Source: Candidatus Nanosyncoccus sp. (GTDB taxonomy: Bacteria > Patescibacteriota > Saccharimonadia > Saccharimonadales > Saccharimonadaceae). Taken from it: a stretch of 64,000 nt of DNA. Both the position numbers and the translations under genes were made by a program. Below the pieces are notes generated by a model that was given only the letters and a program-made list of their open reading frames with translations, searched no databases and was not told the DNA's origin. Shown one piece after another: positions 1-9,365 of the stretch. The stretch covers positions 2,192-66,191 of the forward strand of contig JAZQTT010000013.1 of assembly GCA_045630905.1 (NCBI GenBank), given 5' to 3'. Numbering within the stretch: the stretch's first letter is position 1; each line of letters opens with the position of its first letter.

Positions 1-1
1 T

Positions 2-127
2 CCAATTTCACGCGAGGTTTGTGGCGGTCCACACGTTAATAATACTGGCGCAATTGGTCACTTTAAGATCAAGAAAGAAGAATCTTCTTCTGCGGGGGTG
101 AGAAGAATTAAAGCCGTAATAGAATAA
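2..127 (+). CDS. alaS: Alanine--tRNA ligase, C-terminal end (partial, runs off window start)
   Basis: Manual translation [41 protein letters not shown] matches the tRNA_SAD motif (CGGxHV..TG..G.F.I..E.S...GVRRI.A) of AlaRS/ThrRS editing domains; the [14 protein letters not shown] form is AlaRS-like. Confidence 0.8.
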   Translation, partial: PISREVCGGPHVNNTGAIGHFKIKKEESSSAGVRRIKAVIE

Positions 128-269
128 CGTGACTTTTTAGTGAAAATATGATATAATCATAAAATATTTTCTATTGGTGGAGAATCGTACTTTTAGATTT
201 TGTTACATTTTTTCTAAAGTATGATTTTCTATAAAGGACACTTATAGGTATACACTTAAGGAGGTAATT

Positions 270-1106
270 ATGGAAGATACTATGGAACGTAGTGAGGGTG
301 TAGTAAAAATTATCAAAGAAGACTATGTAAAATTTCACATGACTGGTGATGAATCAGCTATTGTTGGCACTGGAAAAAATGCTGAGTTGGAACTTAGAGG
401 GCGCGCATCAGTCGGAATATCACTTGATGATCACGCGTTCATCTATAATACTGGCTACTATTTTGATTCAAGCATTATGGCTTGCACTGGAGAAGGTTCG
501 GTGGCAAAAAACACTGGTACCAATTCAATCGCTGGCGCCACTGCCGAAATAAGCTTAGCAAAGGCGACCGAAGATTATTCGGTCGCAATCACGACTGGAA
601 AAAAATCCAACTCATTTGCAAACGGGAAACATTCTCTTGCGGCTGCTACAGGTTTTGGCTCTTCATCCACCCAAGATGGATCATTGGGAGGTGTTGCTGT
701 CATTACTGAGACCGGCGGAACGGCTAAAGTCGGTAAGAAATGTAGGTTCGGTATAGCTGCATCACCCGCCGTGAATACTAAAACCGAAATAGATTGCCGC
801 GAGGGAGCTGCAGTCACTACTGGTGTTAGCGGATACGCAGAAACTAATGATGATGCAAGTTCTAGCGTCGCATTAGCGGCAGGTTGGGATTCTCATGCTG
901 CTGCTAAAGGAAAAAATAATTTGGCGATTGCAGCTGGGCTTGGAGCCGCTGCTAAAGGAGAGATTGGTAACTGGTTAGTTCTGGTAGAAAGGGATTTTAG
1001 CGGTAAGATACTTGATGTAAAAACCGTAAAAGTAGATGGTAAAAAAATCTTGCCTGATACTTATTACATATTAAAAAGGAAGAAGGTAGTAAAAGTTAAA
1101 GAATAA
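270..1106 (+). CDS. Hypothetical protein with ~18-aa S/A/T/G-rich repeats (beta-solenoid-like) and a phage-type C-terminal KG..G.WLVL.E...VDG....PDTYY motif
   Basis: 278-aa ORF, GGAGG SD upstream; periodic units such as SIAGATAEISLAKATEDY / SVAITTGKKSNSFANGKH / SLAAATGFGSSSTQDGSL; family resemblance is from recall, not a search. Confidence 0.6.
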   Translation: MEDTMERSEGVVKIIKEDYVKFHMTGDESAIVGTGKNAELELRGRASVGISLDDHAFIYNTGYYFDSSIMACTGEGSVAKNTGTNSIAGATAEISLAKATEDYSVAITTGKKSNSFANGKHSLAAATGFGSSSTQDGSLGGVAVITETGGTAKVGKKCRFGIAASPAVNTKTEIDCREGAAVTTGVSGYAETNDDASSSVALAAGWDSHAAAKGKNNLAIAAGLGAAAKGEIGNWLVLVERDFSGKILDVKTVKVDGKKILPDTYYILKRKKVVKVKE

Positions 1107-1129
1107 AAAATGTAACATCTTTTAGAAAT

Positions 1130-1152
1130 GCCCGCTAGACTAGCGGGCTTTT
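1130..1152. terminator. Intrinsic terminator between convergent genes
   Basis: GCCCGCTA-gac-TAGCGGGC followed by TTTT. Confidence 0.75.
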
Positions 1153-2376
1153 CTAGTTTTGTAAGATCTTCGCCAATTTAGCACGGAGTTTATTCTCTTC
1201 TGGTGCGCCAGCAAGTGTATCAACGCCAACTCTTAGGAGTCCGAGTGCAGTAGCAAAGGAGTGATCTAATATAGAATTTTGTGGTAATACTAAATCTGGA
1301 AGATCAGCTACTTCAATCAAGTTAATTACTGGACGACGTGAAAACGGCAAATTCTGATACCAGTCAGAAACAGCAAGGGTTTCCTGAACGAGAGAAAGAC
1401 TCGCCCCACCACCACAAAGCAATACGCTACGCGGAAGGCTAGTTAGATTATCAAATTCTTCAAGTGCAACTTCTACTCCTGTTAACCAGACACTCAAGTT
1501 ACGCGATAGCGCAGTCTCTACCTTTGCTTTAATTCTATCGTCTAATTTGCTAGTATCGTAATCTAATTTATATTGCTCTGCAGTCTCAGTATCTACGCCG
1601 AGACTTTCGGCGATTTGGTGAGTAAAACTTCGGCCACCAATAGAAAACATCTTGGTCCCTTCAACGCCACCGTCTTCAATTACGGCAATATCAGTAGTTC
1701 CACCACCAATATCCATAACAACACTAGAAAAGTTTGAATCTAAATCGTCGCCAAGACAAGCACGACAAACTGCAAAAGGTTCAACAGCAACCGTTAAAAG
1801 GTCCAAGTTTAATTCCGCGCACACTTTTTCAATTGCGGCTACATGGATTAACGGAGCAAAGGCAGTGTAAAATTGAATTGCAACATCGGACCCCTTAAAA
1901 CCAATTGGGTTTGATATTTTATAACCATCAATAGTTAAAGAAACTATGGCGGAGTTAATCAAACGAACTTCTACATTATCATTACCGGTCTCAAGCGCAA
2001 CGGTTTTTTTAGCTACTTCACCAGATTTTTGCTGGACCTTACGAATAATGTCATTCATTTCCGCTTCAGTGATTGGCTTGTTTGGATTTTTACGATTATA
2101 ACGAACGGTAGTAGTGTTACCTTTAATAAGTTCACCAGCAATCCCGACTACGGCAAGATTTGCCCGTTCACCAGCCTCTTCTTCAACTTTTACCAATGCT
2201 TCTTCACAAGTAGCAACGACAGCTGGAATATCCGCTACGGCTCCAGCATGCATATTACCCTCAGATTGTTTTGACTTACCAACACCCAAAACTTCAAGAA
2301 CGCCTTTTTTATTTGGGCGCGCAAGAACGGCCTTAACATATTCTGTTCCAATATCTAGCCCTAAGATTGTGTTCAT
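1153..2376 (-). CDS. ftsA: FtsA-like actin-family ATPase (cell division protein FtsA)
   Basis: Phosphate-1 motif GLDIGTEYVKAV, phosphate-2 motif VVMDIGGGTTDIAV, adenosine motif LCGGGASL. Confidence 0.75.
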   Translation of the reverse strand: MNTILGLDIGTEYVKAVLARPNKKGVLEVLGVGKSKQSEGNMHAGAVADIPAVVATCEEALVKVEEEAGERANLAVVGIAGELIKGNTTTVRYNRKNPNKPITEAEMNDIIRKVQQKSGEVAKKTVALETGNDNVEVRLINSAIVSLTIDGYKISNPIGFKGSDVAIQFYTAFAPLIHVAAIEKVCAELNLDLLTVAVEPFAVCRACLGDDLDSNFSSVVMDIGGGTTDIAVIEDGGVEGTKMFSIGGRSFTHQIAESLGVDTETAEQYKLDYDTSKLDDRIKAKVETALSRNLSVWLTGVEVALEEFDNLTSLPRSVLLCGGGASLSLVQETLAVSDWYQNLPFSRRPVINLIEVADLPDLVLPQNSILDHSFATALGLLRVGVDTLAGAPEENKLRAKLAKILQN

Positions 2377-2418
2377 GGTTATATATTATCACATTTTTAA
2401 GTTTTAAAAAAGGGGACG

Positions 2419-3111
2419 TCAGAGTTTAAACTCAGTAAAGTGACCAGAGGGAAGATTAGTGAGCTTAAAATTGCCAAATTGCGTGCGGTGAAGCTTCACG
2501 ACCTTATATCCTAACGCTGCAAAAGTACGGCGAATTTGACGATTGCGCCCCTCCGTAAGAATAACAGTATAACCTTTGCCCTTCTTAATAACAGTAAATT
2601 TGCTAGGGCCATCGTCAAGTAAAACCCCAAAATCAGAAATCATCTGCTGATGAAGCGGCTCTAGGGGATGGTCTAGCTCAACCTCATAAATCTTTTCCTT
2701 ATGGAATTTTGGGTGAGTCATTTTATACGCAAAATCACCATCATTAGTGAGTAGTATGAGTCCGGAACTATCTTTATCTAATCGTCCTACTGTTTTTAAT
2801 TTCTGATACTTTTTTGGTAAAAGTTCAAAAAGAGTTGGAGAGGTTCCCTGAGCACGACGCGAGCAAACATAGCCAACTGGTTTATTAAATGCTAGATACA
2901 AGAAATCCGCCGTTAGCGGTATTATCTTATTATTATAGCATACTTTATATGTTTTGTCAATTATACCATCCTCGGAACAGGGTAAACGAGCCCCTAGATC
3001 AGCTATTTTATCATTGATTTTTACTTTTCCATGAAAAATTAATTCATCGGCCTCACGGCGCGAAACTCCTAAACGCTCTGCTAAAAACTTATTGAGCCGG
3101 ATTTGCCTCAT
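2419..3111 (-). CDS. rRNA pseudouridine synthase, RsuA/RluB family
   Basis: N-terminal S4 domain (IRLNKFLAERLGVSRREADELI), FNKPVGYV, catalytic VGRLDKDSSGLILLTNDG, EGRNRQIRR. Confidence 0.92.
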   Translation of the reverse strand: MRQIRLNKFLAERLGVSRREADELIFHGKVKINDKIADLGARLPCSEDGIIDKTYKVCYNNKIIPLTADFLYLAFNKPVGYVCSRRAQGTSPTLFELLPKKYQKLKTVGRLDKDSSGLILLTNDGDFAYKMTHPKFHKEKIYEVELDHPLEPLHQQMISDFGVLLDDGPSKFTVIKKGKGYTVILTEGRNRQIRRTFAALGYKVVKLHRTQFGNFKLTNLPSGHFTEFKL

Positions 3112-3589
3112 TTTTCAACTCCGAGGATGATCCTGGAATAGAAAACGCCGGAGCAGCGGCAGACGCGGCTGGCTGTTTGGCTTCTTCTGCCTCTTTATTA
3201 GTTTCTTTTTTCTCTGGGGCCTTATCGCCAAGTACTTCATGAATAGTATTTACTACGTCTTCTATACCTACTTGCGATTTGATCAAATAACGGTCTGCGC
3301 CTAATCTCTCGCCACGCTCACGTTGATCATCGGCTGAAAGCGCAGTCATCATTACGACTTTAATATCAGCAGTTTCTGGAGTAGATTTAAGAATATCTAG
3401 CATATCAAAACCAGATATTTTTGGCATCATAACATCTGACAGGATTAGGTCAGGTTTTTCACGTACTGTCATTGCTAAAGCTTCTTCGCCGTCACCAGCA
3501 GAAACTACATCATAGCCTTCAGCCGTAATACGGATACTGTAGATTTCGCGTAAACTTGCGTCGTCTTCTACTACCATTATTTTACTCAT
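3089..3589 (-). CDS. Single-domain response regulator (receiver) with disordered tail
   Basis: KIMVVEDD, LILSDVMMP (phospho-Asp), MMTA, YLIK receiver motifs; no output domain. Confidence 0.9.
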   Translation of the reverse strand: MSKIMVVEDDASLREIYSIRITAEGYDVVSAGDGEEALAMTVREKPDLILSDVMMPKISGFDMLDILKSTPETADIKVVMMTALSADDQRERGERLGADRYLIKSQVGIEDVVNTIHEVLGDKAPEKKETNKEAEEAKQPAASAAAPAFSIPGSSSELKNEANPAQ

Positions 3590-4989
3590 TTTACTTCTCC
3601 GTTTAGGTTAATATTTTGGTTATTTTGCGATTGTTGTGTTGTTTGCTGCGGCTGTGGTTGTGGGTTTGGTCGTGGTTGTACCTGCGGAGCCGGTTGCGGA
3701 TTTGGCTGTGGTTGTGGGTTTGGTTGTGGTTGCACCTGCGGAGCCGGTTGCGGATTTGGCTGTGGTTTTGGTGGAGCTGGCGGGTTCACTTGACTCTGGA
3801 GTTTGCGATTATTGACAGCAATCATACGTTTTTCATATTCATCGCTAGTTAATCTTGGCAAAGAAATATAAAAAGTCGATCCTTCGCCAAAGGCGGATTC
3901 TGCCCAAACACGGCCACCCATCGCTTCAATACGTTGTTTAACTAGATAAAGGCCGAGGCCGGTGCCGCCAATTTCACGAGTATCGGAGTTATCGGCACGA
4001 TAAAACTTTTGGAAAATATGACCAAGATCGTCTGCAGAAATACCAATCCCGGTGTCAGTTACATTGATCAGAGCTCGGTCTCCGTCGCCACGTACATTAA
4101 TATAAATTGAACCTCCAGCTGGAGTATATTTTAAGGCATTTTCCACGATATTATCCATGATCTCACGCATGAAATTTGGATCAACAAAACTATAGACTAC
4201 CTGTTCCATACGACGGTTTTCGCCAAAAGATGCTGAATTTTCCGTGCCAAAGGTTAGATTAATTTTAGCCTCATTTGCCCGCGAGAGGTAACCATCAGAA
4301 ATTTGTTTAATTAAACCAACCATTTCAACCGGCTCAAAATTCGGACGAATACGACCATCGTCTAATTTAGTAGTATCTAATAGATCTTGAAAGAGTTTAC
4401 CGAGATGTTTAGAAGCGGCCTGCGCTGAGTCTAGATATCCTCGTGCTCGCGCGTCAATAGAAGCGGTTTGAGGATTTAAAGCAAGGGAAAGATAACCATC
4501 GATCGTAGCGACCGGCGTACGCATCTCATGGGAAGCAGTAGAAATAAATTCCATTTGTTCGCCTTCTTCAGCAAGTTCTTTAGTAATATCGCGAAAAGTA
4601 ATAAGGCGATTCTGATTTAAACCATCAGTAGGATGAAGAGAGATCGCAACCGGAACTCGTTTTTCAGATGGCCCAGCAATAAGGCAAGCTTGATACGATT
4701 CAAGTGGCTGACCAGTTTTCATGGCTTGAACTAGGGGGTTTTCATTATCACTTAGTTCGCGGCCTTCTTTTGACTCTAATTTGATTATTAAACCAAAATC
4801 TAAGCCTACTGCATTGTTAGCTCCTCCGCAATCAGTTAAGGTAGCTGCAGCGGGATTGATATACTTAATCACGCCGTTTTTGTCGGTCATCACTACACCA
4901 TCTTGGATGGTTTTTAGCGCCATCTCAGCAAAACCAGACTGGTTTTCTGTGGGTTCAGAATTAGTTTTTTGGCGATTAAATAAGCTCAT
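3586..4989 (-). CDS. Cytoplasmic PAS-domain sensor histidine kinase with Pro/Gln-rich tail
   Basis: PAS-like N-terminus (IQDGVVMTDKNGVIKYINPAA), H-box ASHEMRTP, N box NIVENALKY, G1 DTGIGI, F/G2 FQKFYR..GGTGLGL; no TM segment. Confidence 0.92.
   Translation of the reverse strand: MSLFNRQKTNSEPTENQSGFAEMALKTIQDGVVMTDKNGVIKYINPAAATLTDCGGANNAVGLDFGLIIKLESKEGRELSDNENPLVQAMKTGQPLESYQACLIAGPSEKRVPVAISLHPTDGLNQNRLITFRDITKELAEEGEQMEFISTASHEMRTPVATIDGYLSLALNPQTASIDARARGYLDSAQAASKHLGKLFQDLLDTTKLDDGRIRPNFEPVEMVGLIKQISDGYLSRANEAKINLTFGTENSASFGENRRMEQVVYSFVDPNFMREIMDNIVENALKYTPAGGSIYINVRGDGDRALINVTDTGIGISADDLGHIFQKFYRADNSDTREIGGTGLGLYLVKQRIEAMGGRVWAESAFGEGSTFYISLPRLTSDEYEKRMIAVNNRKLQSQVNPPAPPKPQPNPQPAPQVQPQPNPQPQPNPQPAPQVQPRPNPQPQPQQTTQQSQNNQNINLNGEVK
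3650..3771. repeat. 54-bp tandem duplication (2 copies plus partial) encoding the PQPNPQPAPQVQ tail of the kinase
   Basis: Units 3650-3703 and 3704-3757 differ at 2 positions; a partial third unit starts at 3758. Confidence 0.9.
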
Positions 4990-5040
4990 TTATATTTATT
5001 TTAACACAAGCTTTAAAAAATGTGTTATTATTATTTTAAT

Positions 5041-6750
5041 ATGAATAAAGATGTGATTTATATTGAGCCAGAAGATGATATCACTGATATCATTACTAAG
5101 ATCGAAAATTCAAAAGAAAAGATCGTGGCGCTTGTACCACCGAAAAAGGCTAGCGTCTTTAGAAGCGTGGTCAATATTAAACTAATTGCTAAGTCTGGTA
5201 TTGCGGCGGAAAAGACTATCGTCCTAGTAACGGTGGATCCGTCTATCATCAAACTTGCAGCCAGTACTAAGCTTCCAGTAACAAAAAATTTGCAGACTCC
5301 ACCTAAGATTCCAACTATGGAAGATACTATTTCTGAGGCGGCAAAGGAAGAAATTATTGATGGACCAGAAGATGAAGAGGATGAAGAAGAAACTAAAGCT
5401 GAGGATGAAAAAAATGATGAAAAATCAGCAGCTAAGGAAAAATCTGAGCTAACTGATGAAGATGCTGAAGATGCGGTAGAAGAGCTGAAAAAAGAAGATG
5501 AAGACAAGGCTAAAAATAAGAAAAGTAAAAAATCGCCAGCAAAAACCGGAAATGTAATCTTAGACTGGATAAAGGGTCACAAGAAAATTTCAATTATCGC
5601 CGGTGCCGGTGTAGCTGTTTTTATACTTTTCTTAATCTGGGCATTCGGAATTGCACCAGCGGCAGATATTACAGTTGGAATCCAAACTACTTCGGTGAAC
5701 TTTTCCGAAAACGTAACCTTTACTACTAAACCAGAAAAAGAAAATTCCGAGGACGGAAAGTTTTACCTAGAAACTAAAAAGGTTGAAGAAAAGAAGGAAG
5801 TCACCTTTGAGGCAACTGGGCAGAAGAATAATGGCCAAAAAGCCAGTGGCGAGTTAGTAGTTTATGCCTATTTCAAGAACAAAGGAACCATACCAATTGA
5901 AAAAGGTTCAATTTTTACATCTAATGGACTGAAATTTACTTCAAATGAATTCGTAACCTTGTCTTGGGATGGCAATAATATGTCAGCTTGTGAAAATAAT
6001 GGGAAATCAACTATTATTTCTAAGGGATGCCAAATTTCGGCAAAAGCTAAAGTAACAGCAGAAAAACCAGGAACTAGTTACAATATTGCCTCAAATGCAG
6101 ATTGGAGTGCTACAGCAAACGTCAGCGCGTATTCCGAAAAAGGAATGAGTGGCGGAACAGATGAAATCGTAACCGTAGTTCAGCAATCTGACATAGAAAA
6201 GGCAAAAGCACAGTTACAAAGCTCCGACGAAGAGAGCAGTAAATCAAAACTTCTAGCTTCTATTTCCGATGATGATATGGTGATTGATTCAAGCTTTAGC
6301 CAGGATGCTACAGACATAGTCTCTACACCAGCGGTTGGAGAAGAGGTTAAAGACGGGACAAAACCAACTCTAAAGGCAACCACTACTGCCTCTATCTTTG
6401 TAATTGATAAAACAAAGATGAAAGAGTTTATTACCGCAAAGGCAAAAATCGGGGATGACCAGAAAGTCTATGAAATGAAGGATCCATTCATTGAAAACTT
6501 CTCTGGTTCAGACGATGAATATAGTGGCAGATTAAAGACCTCCTATGCGGTTGGGCCAAAGATCACCGAAAATGATGTAGTAGAAATTGCTAAAGGAAAA
6601 GGCATTGGTGACGCACAACATGACCTAAAAGATATTGATGGAGTAGTTGAAGTAAAAATCAATACCTCATTCCCTTGGGTATCATCTGTACCAGGTGATT
6701 CTAACAAGATTACCGTCAACTTAGAAGTGAAAGATAGTGATCAAAAATAA
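5041..6750 (+). CDS. Conserved CPR-type single-pass membrane protein with baseplate-J/gp47-like extracellular region
   Basis: Likely start MNKDVIYIEPEDDIT (5041); acidic linker; TM IAGAGVAVFILFLIWAFGI; beta-rich C-terminus with GMSGGTDE resembling the baseplate-J GGxD motif (recall). Confidence 0.55.
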   Translation: MNKDVIYIEPEDDITDIITKIENSKEKIVALVPPKKASVFRSVVNIKLIAKSGIAAEKTIVLVTVDPSIIKLAASTKLPVTKNLQTPPKIPTMEDTISEAAKEEIIDGPEDEEDEEETKAEDEKNDEKSAAKEKSELTDEDAEDAVEELKKEDEDKAKNKKSKKSPAKTGNVILDWIKGHKKISIIAGAGVAVFILFLIWAFGIAPAADITVGIQTTSVNFSENVTFTTKPEKENSEDGKFYLETKKVEEKKEVTFEATGQKNNGQKASGELVVYAYFKNKGTIPIEKGSIFTSNGLKFTSNEFVTLSWDGNNMSACENNGKSTIISKGCQISAKAKVTAEKPGTSYNIASNADWSATANVSAYSEKGMSGGTDEIVTVVQQSDIEKAKAQLQSSDEESSKSKLLASISDDDMVIDSSFSQDATDIVSTPAVGEEVKDGTKPTLKATTTASIFVIDKTKMKEFITAKAKIGDDQKVYEMKDPFIENFSGSDDEYSGRLKTSYAVGPKITENDVVEIAKGKGIGDAQHDLKDIDGVVEVKINTSFPWVSSVPGDSNKITVNLEVKDSDQK

Positions 6751-6783
6751 TATGCGCACACTTAAATAAGGAGAGGTGGAAAA

Positions 6784-8220
6784 GTGAAAATTATTGGGCT
6801 AGATGTAGGTGAAAAACGGATTGGCGTCGCTAAGGTTGATTCAAGTACCAGAATCGCAATACCAGTCGGGTTTGTCAATGCGGATGGCTCAGAATGGCAG
6901 GAAATCGCTAGTATAGCACGTCTCCAGGGGACAAATTTCTTTGTAGTTGGATTGCCTAGGAGTAATGAAGGAGTTGAGACGAAGCAATCACTCTATGCAA
7001 GAAATTTTGCAAAAACTCTGGTCGAGAAAATACCAGGCGCTAAAATTAGATTCCAAGACGAAAGCCTAACCTCTGTAGAAGCGGAAAAGAGATTAAAGAG
7101 TCGTAAGAAAAAATTTGAAAAGGGTGATATAGACGCTGAAGCAGCATCTATAATACTGCAAGACTTTATTGAAAATTTTAATAGTCAAACTAAGAATAAT
7201 GCTTTAGAAAACCCAAAACCAGACCCTAAAGAAAAGAAAAACAATGAACAATTATCTGGGGTTAAGGCAGTAGTAAAAGATGCAAAAGATGCTGCAACTA
7301 ATCTAACAAAAAAAGAGATGGACAAGGCTAAACTGAAAACCAGAAAGGCAAAGCATAAGATGAAGACCATAACCAAATTCGCGACACTAATAGCAATCGC
7401 GTTACTGATAGCTAGCGTAGCAACAATAGCCATCCTCTTAATAAAAGAAGCCAGGAATAGAGAACGTGCAGAGTATTATGCTCAACTTGAGGCCGAAATG
7501 GCACCAGAGGTGTTTGAATTTGAAATTAAACCAGGGGAAACAATTTTTGATGTAGAAAAAGCCTTAACCGAAGTAGGATATTCGGCCGAAGAGGTAGAAC
7601 AAGCATTGAACGCCTCATATGACTACGATTTTCTAAAAGAGAGGCCAGAAGGGGCATCTCTGGAAGGATATCTATTTGGTGAAAAATATGAATTCTATAA
7701 AACAGACAGCGTCGAAACAGTAATTAAAAAATTCTTAGATAAAATGGGCGAGGTAATAACAGAGAATAATCTAAAAGAAAAATATAGTGAACAGGGATTA
7801 ACTCTATTTGAGGGTATTACGCTTGCTTCCGTAGTACAAAAAGAAGCAAAAACAGAGGATAGACCAACCGTCGCACAGGTATTTTTATCTCGTCTTGAAA
7901 ATGGAATTATGCTTGGAAGCGATGTAACAGTATCTTACGCACTTGACAAGGTTGATCCCGATAGGCAGACGTATAAAGACAATCAGAGCGCTTTAAAGAT
8001 AGATTCTTGCTATAACACGCGAGTTTATAGAGGTTTGCCTTGTGGACCAATTTCTAACCCAGGTTTATCATCGCTTCTTGCAGTAGCTAACCCATCAGAT
8101 ACGGCTTATCTTTACTTCTTGACAGGAGATGATGGCGTGATGTATTATAGTTATACAGAGTACGAGCATAACCAGAAAGCTTACCAACATTGCAAAGAAC
8201 TCTGCAACACATCATTATGA
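6784..8220 (+). CDS. ruvX/mltG: Fusion of RuvX/YqgF nuclease (N-terminal) and endolytic transglycosylase MltG/YceG (C-terminal)
   Basis: MKIIGLDVGEKRIGVA, VVGLP, FQDESLTS, DAEAASIILQDF (YqgF); TM segment; LEGYLFGEKYEF, LASVVQKE, SDVTVSY, YNT...GLPCGPISNPG, YLYFL (MltG); one uninterrupted frame. Confidence 0.9.
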   Translation: MKIIGLDVGEKRIGVAKVDSSTRIAIPVGFVNADGSEWQEIASIARLQGTNFFVVGLPRSNEGVETKQSLYARNFAKTLVEKIPGAKIRFQDESLTSVEAEKRLKSRKKKFEKGDIDAEAASIILQDFIENFNSQTKNNALENPKPDPKEKKNNEQLSGVKAVVKDAKDAATNLTKKEMDKAKLKTRKAKHKMKTITKFATLIAIALLIASVATIAILLIKEARNRERAEYYAQLEAEMAPEVFEFEIKPGETIFDVEKALTEVGYSAEEVEQALNASYDYDFLKERPEGASLEGYLFGEKYEFYKTDSVETVIKKFLDKMGEVITENNLKEKYSEQGLTLFEGITLASVVQKEAKTEDRPTVAQVFLSRLENGIMLGSDVTVSYALDKVDPDRQTYKDNQSALKIDSCYNTRVYRGLPCGPISNPGLSSLLAVANPSDTAYLYFLTGDDGVMYYSYTEYEHNQKAYQHCKELCNTSL

Positions 8221-9365
8221 CGAAAAAAAAGAAAAAATTTGATTGGGATAAGATAAAAGGATTTTTACCTTATATTATTGCCGGTGTCTTAACCCTTAGC
8301 ATTGTATTTTTTGGGTCCCTTGATAAGCATAGCGGGGAAAATAACCTTAGCTTGGCGACTTTTGCAGATGAAAACTATGATATTTCGGTAGATCAGTTAT
8401 CTGAGCTTTATGTGGTAGCAGATCTTTCTGACGCGCTTGGCCTGGCTTCAGCCCCTGATGTAGCTTCTAATTTCGTTACGACTAATACTATGTACGATGC
8501 TGGACAAACTACAGCAGGGAAACTAGAAAAGCCTACATTCACTAATATCGATGCCTCTAGGGGAATTATTGAATATACAGTACAAGAAGGAGAAGATATT
8601 AATTCAATTGCGGCTAAATTTAAGGTTTCGGCAGATAATATTAGATGGTCTAATAATCTAAAAACTACAGATGTGAATGCCGGAACAATATTATACATTC
8701 CTAGTGTACCAGGGATCATTTATACAGTTAAGGATGGCGACTCTATTGAATCAATAGTATCAAAATATGGTTCTAATGAAGAAGAAATCATCGCCTTTAA
8801 TGACCTAGAAAACTCCAATATCTCAGCCGGGATGAGACTGATTATTAAAAATGGCTCTTTGCCAGAGAACGAACGTCCAGAATATGTGGCTCCGGCACGC
8901 AGATCTTCAAGATCTAGCAGCTCTACGAGGTCTACAAATTATACCTATACTTACCTCGGTAATTCATCAGCACGTCAGAATGTAACCGTAATTGCAACAG
9001 GATTCTATGATTCTAGATATGCATATCCAAATCCAAACCCGGGTGTTCCTGGTTGGTGTACTTGGTATGCTTGGTACTGGCGCGCGACAAGCCCATTGTC
9101 ATTAGGTGTACTGGGTCATGAAGGACGTAACGCTAATACTTGGCACCGTAACTATGCATACCGCGGCGTTGGTAGAACTCCACGTGTAGGTGCGGTCTTC
9201 CAGTCACCTTATGGTGGTGGTGGCTTTGGTCACGTTGGTGTAGTAGTTGGCATGAATGGCGATGGTTCTATTGTGGTTCAGGAAATGAACTACGCTGGTA
9301 GATATGTTGTAACACAAGCGACAATCCCAGCTGACCAGACAGGAAACTTTAATTACATTTATTAA
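8217..9365 (+). CDS. Membrane-anchored 2x LysM plus CHAP-domain peptidoglycan hydrolase
   Basis: LysM motifs YTVQEGEDINSIAAKF and YTVKDGDSIESIVSKY; CHAP GWCTWYA...GNA-like, GHVGVV, VQEMNY. Start taken at ATG overlapping the mltG stop (ATGA). Confidence 0.88.
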   Translation: MTKKKKKFDWDKIKGFLPYIIAGVLTLSIVFFGSLDKHSGENNLSLATFADENYDISVDQLSELYVVADLSDALGLASAPDVASNFVTTNTMYDAGQTTAGKLEKPTFTNIDASRGIIEYTVQEGEDINSIAAKFKVSADNIRWSNNLKTTDVNAGTILYIPSVPGIIYTVKDGDSIESIVSKYGSNEEEIIAFNDLENSNISAGMRLIIKNGSLPENERPEYVAPARRSSRSSSSTRSTNYTYTYLGNSSARQNVTVIATGFYDSRYAYPNPNPGVPGWCTWYAWYWRATSPLSLGVLGHEGRNANTWHRNYAYRGVGRTPRVGAVFQSPYGGGGFGHVGVVVGMNGDGSIVVQEMNYAGRYVVTQATIPADQTGNFNYIY

